DNA of 64,000 nt from Octopus bimaculoides. Its lineage: Eukaryota. The stretch is taken from the NCBI RefSeq assembly GCF_001194135.2, contig NC_068989.1, forward strand, positions 16,786,753-16,850,752. The letters are read 5' to 3'. Positions 12,905-25,330 of this stretch are shown here, in pieces (the first letter of the stretch is position 1; each line of letters starts with the position of its first letter). A program made the position numbers and the translations under genes. The notes under the pieces are model-generated. The model was not told the DNA's origin and did no database searches. It saw only the letters and a program-made list of their open reading frames with translations.

Positions 12905-14154
12905 AGGAAGTGTTTTCCATACACATTCACATTATTTTTTTCTGTTGTACATTTAACAAAGTTCTTGGTATAAGTTATTTAGAGCATGAACATGCTTTTG
13001 AAGAAACCTGTAAAAATAAAAAATAAAATATAAAATATAAAGATTAGTAACATAATTTAAACCATCCTTACAGATTACAAATATATCAAATATGAGCCTT
13101 ATGTAAGTTTTATATAAATCTTAGCAGTGACTGACAAGTGATATGCACGTGCTAAAAATATCCAAACATATTCATTATTAGTTCAAAATAGCTTTCTGTA
13201 CAGCTTACTTAACGTGCATGCACTGTATGCTTTCTTGAGTACATCCACAATATGTCCATGTTGAGAAAGATATACAAATTGCTGTTTTGAACTAATACTA
13301 CTTCCAGCACTAATAAATTTTTACCTGGCCTGCCTGCTATTTGCAACAAGAGTGATTTGTTGATCACTGTTTCTGTCTATCAGTAGAAGCTAAATATATC
13401 TAAGCATGTAACTGTTTGCAGATACTTGCTACGATGGCACTCAAAGATCCAGAAATACATATTTAGCAATTCCACCACCACTGCTAGATGTTTTTTGTCT
13501 GCTGCTGATACACTTCTGTGATTTTTAACACTATACATCTATAGGAGATGTTTTTTTGAGATGAATACTGTAGTTTTCAGGTTTTGTACAGCATTTCTAT
13601 ATTACGTAAGATATACAGAATGTTATTTATTCAAAAATGTGTTGAAAATAATGCCACAAACCTTCAGCCTATGCAAATAGTAGATTTAAAAAAGAAATGA
13701 ATCATTTGCTTAACAGATAAGCCTTAAGGCTTATTACTTACAAATCTTTAGTTGTTATATTTAAAAACCTAAACCACATGCAACACATGACATAGGATGA
13801 GACATGATGTCAAACAATGCTACGTAGAGTTAATTGTAAGCATATATTTGGCAAAAATAAATGACAAAGAATTAAAGTAACACAGTGTAATAGTTTTCCT
13901 TTATCATCAAATGGGAATCTCTTCTTCTCTGAAGAAATGCACATGTCTATTGCAATTTGCTTAGGTGGTTAGTTATTCATGTAGTTGTGTTTCATTTTAT
14001 AAATTGAAAATGATATAATCATTACCCACCCTCTATGTGTATGTGAATCTGTACAGTGTAAATGTGACACTTTTATAATATCATTACTATCATAGGTATT
14101 ACTGTTTATCTCCAAGGTTGCCAAGACATACAGAATAACAGATTAATAAAGCAT

Positions 14155-14537
14155 GTTTTTTTTTTGTGTTGGCACTCAGTCACTTACGATGTTGAGGGTT
14201 CCAGTTGATCCAATCAACGGAACAGCCTGCTCATGAAATTAACATGCAAGTGGCTGAGCACTCCACAGACACGTGTACCCTTAACATAGTTCTTGGGGAT
14301 ATTCAGCGTGACACAGTGTGACAAGGCTGGCCCTTTGAAATACAGGTACAACAGAAACAGGAAGAAAGAGTGAGTGAAAGAGTACAGCAGGGTTCGCCAC
14401 CATCCCCTGCCAGAGCCTCGTGGAACTTTAGGTGTTTTCGCTCAATAAACACTCACAATGCTCGGTCTGAGAATCAAAACCGCGATCCTATGACCGCGAG
14501 TCTGCTGCCCTAACCACTGGGCCATTGCGCCTCCACG
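14155..14537 (-). mobile_element. SINE family A, full length
   Basis: 11-bp TSD taataaagcat at 14144-14154 and 14538-14548; poly-A/(CAA) tail. Confidence 0.9.
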
Positions 14538-14792
14538 TAATAAAGCATAATCAACAACATAATAAAGTGTGCACATTCAAAACTGGAAGTTTCCAATATT
14601 CAGGAACCAGTGGACCTTGGTCATGATAATGGATGCAAATCAAGGGGAATGACATCAGATCCTTGAAAACAAAGGAAGTGTCTGATCTGGGATATCAAAG
14701 TTTTAGTTACATTTGCTTGATGTGACTGAAAAGTGTAATTGATCTGGGTTCTGTGACTTTGCACAACAAATAAATGAAATGTTGAAAATACG

Positions 14793-15012
14793 ATGCAGGT
14801 ATGGCTTTATGGTTAACAAGTTTGCTTTCCAGTTATGTGGTTTCAAGTTCAGTCTCACTATGCAGCATATTGGGCAAGTGTCTTCTTCTATAGCCCTAGG
14901 CGCAGAAAAGTCTTGTGAGTGGATTAAGCAGATGGAAACTGAAAAAAGCCTGTTGTACACACACACACACTCTGTTACACATATACACATAGATATGTGT
15001 GTGTGTGTGTAT
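14793..15012 (+). mobile_element. SINE family B, degenerate 5' half
   Basis: tRNA-like head plus ttgggcaagtgtcttcttctatagcc core. Confidence 0.75.
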
Positions 15013-15144
15013 GTTGACAGCACCTGGTAGTTCTAAACAAATATTACTGACAATAAGTGATGTTATTCTTTTCTAGTTTTCCGTGAAAACCCTGTCTTGT
15101 TATGGGAAAACATTACCTTGCCTGGAAACTGGCAAAGGTTTATG

Positions 15145-15505
15145 CAGGTCCAGTCCCACTGCATGGCACATTGGGTAAGTGTTTTCTACTATAGCCTTGT
15201 GTGCTAACCAAAGCCTTGTGAGTGGGTTTGTCCAACAGAAACTGAAAGAAGCCTGTCATACATATACGTGTGTGTGTGTGTGCATGTGTCTTTGTGTCTG
15301 TGTTTGTCCCCCACCATCGCTTGACAACCTGTGTTGGTATGTTTATAGTCCTTTAACTAAGCAGTTTAGCAAAAAGGACTGACAGAATAAGTACCAGGTT
15401 TTAATAAGTAAGTAATGGGTTCAATTCATTTGGTTAAAAACTCTTCAAGGTGGTGCCCCAGCATGGCCGCAGTTTGATGACAGAAACAAGTAGAAGATAA
15501 AAGAT
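15145..15505 (+). mobile_element. SINE family B, 5'-truncated and degenerate
   Basis: cagtcccactgcatggcac..core..ggccgcagtttgatgacagaaacaagtagaag. Confidence 0.8.
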
Positions 15506-15649
15506 ACAAGATATATATAGTAAACTTGAAGTATTTCAAAGAAAATCATTAAAACTGAGTTGCTGTCATCATATTTTATACAACACACTTTGTTAAAGCA
15601 ACAATTAGCATGAGCCCATGTGAGAGCTGCTACATAGTCACCCAACCTA

Positions 15650-15745
15650 CTAGAAACAGTAGCCAAATTGGCACTAGAAACAGTAGCCAAATTGGCACTA
15701 GAAACAGTAGCCAAATTGGCACTAGAAACAGTAGCCAAATTGGCA
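15650..15745. repeat. Perfect 24-bp tandem repeat x4 (ctagaaacagtagccaaattggca)
   Basis: Four identical units, directly visible. Confidence 0.95.
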
Positions 15746-16153
15746 CTTTTGTTTATTTTCAGAGATGCAGTGAGTACGAGAGAGTGAAAGTTAATTTTGA
15801 AAGAAAATAATTGTAATCTTTTTATTTGCTTCAATTTCTTTGATAACAATTAGGTTGTAAATATCATAAATTTGTGATCTTGTGATAACATTTAAAATGT
15901 TTTTTCTTTTATGAATGAATTCACTCCTCTATTTTCCAGCAGTTTTATCAATAGCTTTTTTGTATTACTCATCCACTTGTATGGTCCTATTAGAGACAAG
16001 TCAACACACAGTTTACCGTCTTCAAAAAAAGTAAAAGTAAATTATCCTAAAAAAATGAAAGTAAATTGCAATAAAACTGGTGGTGACAATAGTGACATCC
16101 CATAATTTCATGTAAGCAATGTAGATGACATAAGTAATGTATAGCACACACAC

Positions 16154-16217
<64 letters not shown>

Positions 16218-16859
16218 CATGGAAATCGAGCATAAATTTTCTATGACATGAACACAATCACATTTACAGGAAAATGTAAGTTTTTGATGTATGAAATGAG
16301 AATTGTGAATAGTTTTTAATGATCTCTAAATCTGTTTTATCACACAAGCTTATGAAGATAATGATGTAAATAAATTTTTGCAAGTCCTATATTGTCACTT
16401 AAGTTTCTTCTTGGTGAGTATCCACCAACATTCTATAGTCTGTCTATGGGTGCTATCATGGTTTGGATCAATAGAATTGAGTGAATGGTTGACAACTTCA
16501 TGAATTCTGAGGTTGCCGAGACCCAAATAGGAAGTCAGCGTGTCAAATATCAAACATGTTTTATGAAATGTTGGGATATTTCTATCATTACTTCTAGTTT
16601 CTATTGTATTTTATTTTCATTTTTAGTACAATTTATTTACACTCTTTTACAATGTTGAACTGTATGCTAACCTAGATGTCCATTATAAAAGTCTCATGAA
16701 TTTTCTTAAGAGATTTATTATCCTAAATACCAAAGAAACTTAGTTGAAATACTTTGACATAGCTTTTGGAATAATAATAGTGATAATAGTTGTATACAGT
16801 TACAAGTAAAATAGCGTATCTAATAACTAACCAAATTTACTTTTAAATATTTTCTAATT

Positions 16860-17030
16860 TTAGAAACAAGGCCATCAATTTTGAATGGATTCATTCAACC
16901 ACTGTACTTTTCTGGTAATTTATTTTATCAATTCTGGAAGGAGGAAAAGCAATGTTAACCTCAATAGGATTTGAATTCAAATACCAGGTGACATCTTGTC
17001 CAGCACTCTAATGATTCTCCCAATTCACTG
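16860..17030 (-). mobile_element. SINE family E, degenerate
   Basis: tttattttatcaa..ggaggaaaagcaatgttaacctc..gatttgaattcaaa..ctaatgattctccca. Confidence 0.6.
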
Positions 17031-17067
17031 ACCTAATTTAAAATATAGCTAGATAAACAAAACTTAT

Positions 17068-17273
17068 CAGTGCTGCATTTCATTTCAGAGATATCACTTA
17101 CATCACAGTGCTGCATTTCATTTCAGAGATATCACTTACATCACAGTGCTGCATTTCATTTCAGANNNNNNNNNNTCACTTACATCACAGTGCTGCATTT
17201 CATTTCAGAGATATCACTTACATCACAGTGCTGCATTTCATTTCAGAGATATCACTTACATCACAGTGCTGCA
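17068..17273. repeat. 38-bp minisatellite (cagtgctgcatttcatttcagagatatcacttacatca), at least 5 copies, with an internal N gap
   Basis: Identical head-to-tail units with no spacers. Confidence 0.95.
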
Positions 17274-18001
17274 GAATGTGCATTGCTTGTTAAGCCTAAT
17301 TTTTTTACTTTGATATTTTATTTCAATTCAATATAATGGGGAATGCAGTTTAGGAGTGATATACCAAGAAGAGCAAGGACAGACAGAATTGCAAGTCAGG
17401 CAGAATAGGTTCAATTAATGATGCACCTTGTTCTGGTTGCTCACTATCAGCCGGAACTGTAGATAATGCTTGTCAGCTAGCATTATATAAGACACACAAG
17501 TTTAACTTTTGAATTAGCAGGAACAATGGCCTTAAAACACTTATTGCTCTTTCTTTATCTCTCCCTCTCTCCCACTTTCTCTGCATGTATGTATATAAGT
17601 ACATATAAATATATACTTGTACATATACATATATATATATATAATGTATGTTTTCCCTGTTGTTATGTCCTGTTATTATTTTTATTGTATTTGTGTAACA
17701 TTGTTCGTTTTTTCTGTCCTTGTTTTTGTATACATTTGCTGCTTCCTTCCAAGGAATCTAGTGCTCTTAGCTTAGTTTTTCCTTGGGGCTGACCAGATTG
17801 GAGCAATATCGAGTATAACCAGCCGAAATTGCAAAGATAATCTGGATCTTGACTGATGAAAGAAAACTCCGAATGACCCATCCTTGTTTTCTTTGTATCG
17901 TCTATCTGGATGTTTTGTTGTCCCTTTCTTGTATCACCTAACTGTCTGGATGTTTTGTGCTCTTTCCCCATTTTGTATTATTTATTATTTATATATATAT
18001 A

Positions 18002-18370
18002 TAGGCACTGGAGTGGCTGTGTGGTAAGAAGCTTGCTTCCCAACCAAATGGTTCCAGATTCAGGTCCAACTGCATGGTACCTTGGGCAAGTGTCTTCTAC
18101 TTTAACCTCAGACTGACCAAGACCTTGTGAGTGGATTTGATAGACGGAAACTGAAAGAAGCCCATTGTGTGTGTATGTGTTTGTCCCCTCCACCATCGCT
18201 TGACAACTGATGTTGGTGAGTTTACGTCCTCATAACTTACTGGTTCAGCAAAAAGAGACCGATAGAATAAGTACCAGGCTTGCAAAGAATAAGTCCTGGG
18301 ATCGATTTCTCTGACTAAAAGTCAGTGCTCCAGCATGGCTACAGTCAGACGACTGAAACGAATAGAAAGA
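18002..18370 (+). mobile_element. SINE family B, full length
   Basis: ataggcactggagtggctgtgtggtaagaagc head through gactgaaacgaatagaaag tail. Confidence 0.9.
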
Positions 18371-18754
18371 AAAAAATATATACATGTATATATATATATA
18401 TTACTGTGTGTATAACACAATTAGAAAACTTACCACTACAACTACTACCATTGCTACTGCTGTTATTAATGTTATCACCATTAAATCACAACTCCTATTA
18501 GATCCCTTTATCGATAAAACCTTTACTAACTTTTAACTCCCCACTTATTTGTGAATTTCAGTTTTTATTTCTTTTATATATCATTCTCTCTCTCTCTCTC
18601 TCTCTCTCTCCTCTCCCTCCACTCCTTCTCTCTTTTTTGCTCTAATCTATCTCTCTTTTCTTTTCTGCTCACATTTCTTGTCAACTTTTAAAAGCTTATT
18701 ATTTATTTATTTATTTATTCTACTTAAACCTTTCAAATCCTCATCTATTATTTA

Positions 18755-18972
18755 CGGCAAGCTGGCAGAATCATTAGAGTGCCAAACAAAATGCTTTGCG
18801 GCAATTCTTTCAGCTTTATATTCTGAGTTCAAAATCCACCGAGGTCAACTTTGTCATTCATCCTTTTTGGGGTCGATAAAATAAGTATCAGTCGAGCACT
18901 GAGGTCAATGTAATCAACTAGCACCCTCCCCACAAATTTCAGACGCTGTACCTTTGGTAAAAAAGGATTATT
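18755..18972 (+). mobile_element. SINE family E (Nin/Deu-like domain), full length
   Basis: Head ggcaagctggcagaatcattag..ctgagttcaaaatcc, central tcatcctttttggggtcgataaaataagta, tail aaaggattatt; a second degenerate copy follows at 18985-19110. Confidence 0.85.
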
Positions 18973-19282
18973 TGCCTAAAGGTAGGGAGCTGGTAGGGCC
19001 ATTGGGACATTGGATAGAATCTTAGCAGCTTCTTCTGCTTCTTTAGATTTTAAGTTCAGATATTGCTTTCATCCTTTCTGGGTTGATAAAATAAAGTACC
19101 AGTCAAGTACTGGGTTAGGGTTAGGGTTGCATATCTATCTATCTATCTGTTTACCTGTCTGTCTGTCCACATACAAACGTTTATATAGAGGTATATAAAT
19201 TATTATCCACGTGTGTGTATGTATATATATAAGCATGTGTTTGTATGTGTGTGTGTGTGTGTGTGTGTGTACACATACATAT

Positions 19283-19548
19283 TATCATCATCATCATTAT
19301 CATCATTTAACATCTGTTTTCAATGCTGGCATGGGTTGGATGGTTGGACTGGAAACTGGTAAGCTTGGAAGCTGCACCAGGCTCCAATCTGATTTGACAT
19401 GGTTTCTACAGCTAGATGCCCTTCCTAATGCCAACCACTCCAAGAGTGTAGTGGGTGCTTTTTATATGCCACCCGCATGGGTGCCAGTTATGAAACACCG
19501 GCATTGGCCACAACTACGATCTCACTTGGCTTGACCGGTCTTCTCAAC
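19283..19548 (-). mobile_element. RTE LINE-type 3' end with (GAT)n tail
   Basis: (cat)n-ttaacatctgttttcaatgctggcatgggttgga..gatgcccttcctaatgccaaccac; reverse complement of the 41.9-42.04 kb tail. Confidence 0.8.
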
Positions 19549-19551
19549 CTT

Positions 19552-19697
19552 TTGAGTCTTTTTTACAGGACTTAGAAAAACTGAAGGATTGCTGCAATAA
19601 GTGTGTGAATTTGAGAGTGGAATATGTTGAATAAAATCATAATGAACTGATCCTCCTGTATTTTCTTTTGCTCAAAGCCAGGAACTTTTCACACATC
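19552..19697 (+). mobile_element. mariner transposon 3' end plus TIR
   Basis: Translates FLQDLEKLKDCCNKCVNLRVEYVE* (typical mariner C-terminus), then TIR-like aaagccaggaacttttca. Confidence 0.75.
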
Positions 19698-19806
19698 ATA
19701 TGTAGAAATAGTGATTATTGTTCCATGTCAGGGTGTCTCTATATAGATGGTTAAAAGTAAGATGAGAGCATAATAACAACATCAAAGAGGAAAGAATAAT
19801 ATCTAC

Positions 19807-21148
19807 AGATATTGCAGAAAGGAATTGATCATAATAAATGGCAAACTCAAGTGAAAAACTGACCAGTCTGGAGAAAGCTTATCAAGGCATGCCAAAGCCA
19901 TGAAATCAAAGTCGCAATGACTATGCAGGTAAAATGATAGGGGATCTATTTCAAAACGGGGGCACCAGTATTTTCTTAACGAAACACTAACGAAACACTT
20001 TGAAACTTGGGACACTGGTAGAATGTGTCATATAAAACATCTTTTACTCTTAGTCTTCTTAACAAAAAAACGTACATCGCAAGTTATTCCATGTTAAAGT
20101 TGTCGTATTTCNNNNNNNNNNNNNNNNNNNNNNNNNNNNNNNNNNNNNNNNNNNNNNNNNNNNNNNNNNNNNNNNNNNNNNNNNNNNNNNNNNNNNNNNN
20201 NNNNNNNNNNNNNNNNNNNNNNNNNNNNNNNNNNNNNNNNNNNNNCTGGGCGGTCATAAAAATGTTATTCCCTGTGACATATTTCATCCAGTTTAATCGT
20301 AATTTATAGGCATATATTGTTTATATAATAAATTACGCTGTGCGTATCTATGTGTGTAACAATTTTAGAGTTCGGATTCTAGAGTTAGGGTTAGGGTTAG
20401 GGTTAACAGTCTAGTTAGGGGATTAATACGATATACACCGTTACAGCGCTAACTGTTTTCAACTGAATAGACGTCAGTGATTAGTAGAAATTATCGAAAT
20501 AAGACAATTTTTTACATGAAATAAATTCGAATACAAAATTTTTTTTCTGTTCTATAACACAAAATAGATAAGTATACGAAGTTTGAAAGTCTTTCGGTAC
20601 CAAAAACACTACATAAAACATAAATGAAAACTGGTGCCCCCGTTTTGAAATAGATCCATGATGGGCTCACTTACAACAGTCCATATGTGATAAAAACTTA
20701 TTAATTGTAACCTTCTCCAATACCTTGAATCCCTACAAGCGTATGCAGTATTGAGTTGAATTGCAAGCAAACAGCAAATGTTTGGTTGGGATCAAGAGTT
20801 AAGTGCAACAACATTGTTTTCACCAGACCTCATAAGGTTGAGGGTCCACAAGTGAGTGACATAGAAGAGTAGGTTTCCAATAAATTTGACTTTATCTGTA
20901 TGATACTGGTAGTTAAAAATATGGAGAGGGATTCAAAGTATTGGAGAAGGTTACAATTAATAAGTTTCTATCACATATGGACTGTTGTAAGTGAGCCTAC
21001 CATTTTATCTGCACAGTCATTGCAACTATGACTTCATGGCTTTGGCATGCTTCGATAAGCTTTCTCCATACTGGTCAGTTTTTTTGCTTGAGTTTGCAAT
21101 TTATTATGATCAATTCCTTTCTACTTCATATCTCTTTCTGCAGTATCT
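19807..21148. repeat. Local inverted duplication with ~200-bp arms, the left arm split by MITE M1
   Basis: 19807-19941 plus 20666-20734 is the reverse complement of 20927-21148 (roughly 90% identity); 192-bp spacer. Confidence 0.9.
19942..20657. mobile_element. GG-terminated MITE family M1, copy 1 (Merlin-like)
   Basis: 27-bp TIR ggatctatttcaaaacgggggcaccag; 8-bp TSD atgatagg/atgatggg (19934-19941, 20658-20665); internal (TTAGGG)3 near 20385-20403. Confidence 0.9.
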
Positions 21149-21586
21149 TTGAATATCTCTGTTTAAGTCTTCCATGGTTTCATTTCCCCTTGCATAGTTG
21201 GGAGAAAAAGGAGTTATCTGGGAAGTCTGCTGTTGTCTGTCCTGTGCACGTGTCCCAACTAACATAAATTTCTCTCAATGATGACTTCCATCATAGGAGG
21301 CAGACCAGCACCTCAAAGGTTCTCTTCAATTTTGATCTTGTCAAACAGCGATTTTCATAATTTGTGGTATGAAAGTGAGCCTGATAGGATAATAATTGGC
21401 AAGACCAGAGGGGTTAGCCTTCTTTGGAATGGGACACACTCATGTAGTATGTTTCAAAAGATCAGAACATATCCTTAAAAAGAGAGAGAGAGAGAGCAAG
21501 CTCTGAGATTCATGTTTGATAGGAATGGTTTTGGTAAGGAACACAGAAAATCCCAAAGAATTTTTTACAGTATATAATATCTCGTG

Positions 21587-21841
21587 GAGGCGCATGGCTT
21601 AGTGATTAGGGTGTCAGCATCATGATCGTAAGATTGTGGTTTCGATTCCTGGACCGGGCGATGCGTTGTGTTCTTGAGCAAAACACTTCATTTCACATTG
21701 CTCCAGTCCACTCAGCTGGCAAAAATGAGTAACACTGCGATGGACTGGCGTCCCGTCCAGCTGGGGAACACATACGCCATTGAAACAGGGAAACTGGGCC
21801 CATGAGCCTGGCTAGGCTTTAAAAGGCGCTAAAAAAAAAAT
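21587..21841 (+). mobile_element. tRNA-derived SINE (family F), full length
   Basis: Head gaggcgcatggcttagtgattagggtgt..ggtttcgattcc; A tail; TSD atatctcgtg/atatctcatg (21577-21586, 21842-21851). Confidence 0.9.
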
Positions 21842-22195
21842 ATATCTCATGAAGATTGCAACCTGTACATGCCATCTATATTTTGTCTTTGTCACCAACG
21901 ACACGTCCAAAGTATGCATAATAAATTCTAATATTGTCTGTTACATTCCTTTGATACTTTAAGAAAGTCAAATTACCTATGAAAAAAAAAATATATATAT
22001 AGAAAAGAACTTGTCTGTATAATTTTTGCATGTAAATGTCCTGCTTTAGTCCGACAGGAGTCAGACAATTATGTAATTTACAATTTCTATGATTAGTAAA
22101 CAAACCATGTTAACAAAACATCTTTAACTGTGGAAATCACATATATCCACTCAAAATTTCATCACTCTTAACAGTGGAAAGCAGTTTTATATACT

Positions 22196-22620
22196 AATTT
22201 ATTTTTTGTTGAGGAATGCCATGTTTGAAACAATTTTTTGTTGAGATATGTCATGGTTATTGGGTACTACTAAAGTAGCGCGGACCCGAACGCGCTAGCT
22301 AGTCTTGAGTGGTCGATCCTAACCCTAACCCTGTCCCTAACCCTGTCCCTAACCCTATCCCTAACACTAACCCGGGTGTGCAAATGAATACGTGTTTAAG
22401 GTTAAGGTTAGGGTTAGGAATAGGGTTAGGGTTAGGATCGACCACTCACGACTAGCTAGCGCGGACGCGCGAATGCGCGTTCGGGTCCGCGATGCTTTAG
22501 TAGTACCCGGTTATTGAATATATTTTTAGCAGATAATAAACACCATTACTGGAATAAGCGTGAAATTGAATTTGACAATTAAGGTATTAAATAAATTTAG
22601 ATAATCAGGAGAGCGCTTTT
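22196..22620. repeat. Repeat X, copy 2 (host of MITE M2)
   Basis: Matches 7792-7918 on both sides of the MITE. Confidence 0.75.
22263..22507. mobile_element. Foldback MITE M2 bearing telomere-type repeats
   Basis: TIR ggtactactaaag..cgcggacccgaacgcgc..gagtggtcgatcctaaccctaaccct (~90 bp); (CCCTAA)n/(TTAGGG)n in the arms; TSD tggttattg/cggttattg; empty site at 7852-7860. Confidence 0.92.
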
Positions 22621-22644
22621 TTAAATTCCAATTATCAAAGGGTT

Positions 22645-23007
22645 TGTTGTTGGCACTCCGTCGCTTACGATGTCGAGGGTTCCAGTTGATCCAATCAACG
22701 GAACAGCCTGCTCATGAAATTAACGTGCAAGTGGCTGAGCACTCCACAGACACGTGTACCCTTAACGTAGTTCTCGGGGATATTCAGTGTGACAAGGCTG
22801 GCCCTTTGAAATACAGGTACAACAGAAACGGGAAGTAAGAGCGAGAGAAAGTTGTGGTGAAAGAGTACAGCAGGGTTCGCCACCATCCCCTGCCGGAGCC
22901 TCGTGGAGCTTTAGGTGTTTTCGCTCAATAAACACTCACAACGCCCGGTCTGGGAATCGAAACCGCGATCCTATGACCGCGAGTCCACTGGGCCATTGCG
23001 CCTCCAC
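22645..23007 (-). mobile_element. SINE family A, full length
   Basis: 12-bp TSD tatcaaagggtt at 22633-22644 and 23008-23019. Confidence 0.92.
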
Positions 23008-24968
23008 TATCAAAGGGTTATATTATTGAAAATTATATGTAAGTTTATAGAGGAGAAAAAGAAATATAGACTTAAGAAAATGGGATCAGATACATGATCA
23101 ATAGATCTGAATTAATAAAAATGACTCAATAATTATTTTGAGATTTCAATAACATACATGTTTGTTTTTAGATTGACAAAGTAGGGTAGGTGTGAAAAGC
23201 TGGATTTGGACAGTTTGCAAAAAAAAAACTGATGGAATATTTGGGCCGGATATGGCCGGTTTGAATACTAAGGAGTTAATCAAGATGTCATGCATTTCTT
23301 TTTAGCATTTATACTAAGAGGACACAACTCTAGCTGACAACTTACTGCACTATCAGTATAAGGTAGGTAACTCTCTTCGTTAGCATTTGGAGACGTTTGC
23401 TCGGCTTGCAGGAAATAGCAGATACCTTGTCTTCAAATCCCTCCTTCCATCACTTAAATATGTAGCTTTTCCTTTTTGTGCTGCATTTAAGATAATAAAC
23501 ACCTCTTAATACCCACTAGGTTTAATTTCATAGTAGTCATACTTAGCAAGGTGAGAGAAAAAAAAGAGTAAACAGAAGCTTTTCCTGTTAGATACATGAA
23601 GACATTGCACACGAGGAGTGTTAATCATCTTAACTCGAGATGCAATTTCTAATAAACCTAAAGGGTGTGTACAGATTTCTTCTCAGTGTCAATCAAAACT
23701 GTTCCAGTTTGATACGGTATACGTAGAAACACTGAAAAGGGTACTAACTTAATAAAATATAATAGAATGGAAACCTTGTAACAGGACAGGTGGCGAGGGA
23801 TTGTAGTTCAAAACAGTAGAGTTGTTAAGGTATTTCGAATTAAGCTAATAAACCTTAGAATCAAATTCACTGAAGGCATCTCTTCATGTGGACAAGATAA
23901 TTCTACATATAACTTCGAGTAGTTAGTTTGGCAGAAATAGACTGTGTACCTTGCATATTATAGAATCGCTTTGATTATTCTTTATGCTTAAAAAAATGTC
24001 AGTATCAACGAAAATAAAAACAAGTCTCGAACATGTCGTGAGATAGATTTTGTTGTCTACACTTATCCTACAAGTTTCTTGTAGGAATGCAAAGTTCAGT
24101 AATGTAGATTAGGTTTATTTTTGTATAATCCCGACTTCATTTTCTTTCGTTTTCAATCGCTCCCTTATATGTCGCTAAAGCGAAAGATCGCCGGCATCAT
24201 TATTATTATTCAGTTAAGAATGAGTAGGGAACTGGTTGAAAGAGTAGAACGTCGAATATGCATGACTATAAATCGGTGCCTTTCACTGAATTTGTTACCT
24301 TATAACTTTCTTTGGCGCTACTTTAGTGCGGGACTTGCAACTTCAAGGGTGATTACTTTAGGCTACATTTTAGTTTTTTGACGTTGCAAAACTCGCGGCT
24401 GCCAAACTTGTGTGATATACGCGCTTACTTTAATTATTATTTTGTTTATTCTTGGTTCCTTATTATTATTTACAAAGACATAAACGAAGTATGGTTTTAC
24501 TATTATTAAAATAGTCAGAATTTTGAAAAATTACATTTACAATGCTAAGTATGTACAAAAAAATTTATTGTAAAGAATCTTTAATTGTTATCTTAAGGGA
24601 TTTTAGAAGTTGAAAAGTGAGCTAAAAAGTAACCTAAAGTAATCTTCCTTTAAGTTGTACATCACACACCAAAGTAACACCTTTTCTTTATTATGTATAA
24701 GATGCTATGAAAATATCACAGAAATACGTTTCCATTGATATAATGTTTGTACCAGAAAAATATTTTTTATGAGTTTTGGATCATTCTCTTGCCTCTCGGC
24801 TACCTTTGCTCCATATCTTTGGCAAGAATGCATAACATTAGATAGAATTTTGTAGAGATACGTTTTCAAGAAAGCAGATATGTATTTGTATATATGATTG
24901 TGTCAGTACAACTTTTACTTACACGCTCTACATAAACTTATAGCATAATAATTTAAGAGTAAATCAGC

Positions 24969-24974
24969 TTTATT
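24969..24974 (-). terminator. Candidate distal poly(A) signal of ZNF gene 1
   Basis: AATAAA on the minus strand within cagctttatttaaatt, also found downstream of ZNF gene 3 (56683-56688); both are followed by catgaggatgattca. Confidence 0.45.
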
Positions 24975-25129
24975 TAAATTCCCATTTATTGAGAAAGTTC
25001 ATGAATAGTAATGCAATCAAAGTCAAGGCTCTGAGCCTCCTGAGATGAGAAACTGTATGAAGAATGTATCTATGCAGAATGAGCACTAGGCTATCCATGA
25101 GGATGATTCAAATATAGTATTACTTGTTT

Positions 25130-25169
<40 letters not shown>

Positions 25170-25330
25170 ATGCAAGAGAGTTAGGGGTTGAGGATTCAAC
25201 CCACTAAGGGATAGTATCTATCCAATATACTGCTGGGATGGTACCCAATTATAGTTACACTAGTGTTATACCAAGTGTAATAAGTGGGTGCGGGTAAAAG
25301 GGTGGTTATTTTACCCTAAATTTATATAGC

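Noticed and set aside
12900-14150. A fourth ZNF paralog predicted by the ~15-kb spacing (28, 43, 58 kb)
   Set aside because: No finger remnants, shared splice acceptor or shared UTR motifs were found near 13 kb; the spacing may be coincidental.
17068-17273. 38-bp repeats as a CRISPR array
   Set aside because: The units are contiguous with no unique spacers, the context is eukaryotic, and there are no cas genes.
17801-17880. Hammerhead-like core CTGATGA (17853-17859) with AUA plus a 5-bp stem I (tcgag/cttga)
   Set aside because: Stem II does not form, GAAA is GAAT and stem III is poor. About one such partial match is expected by chance in 64 kb.
22318-22440. Head-to-head telomere fusion or chromosome-end relic
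   Set aside because: The CCCTAA/TTAGGG runs lie inside TIRs flanked by a TSD with a matching empty site, so this is a transposon.
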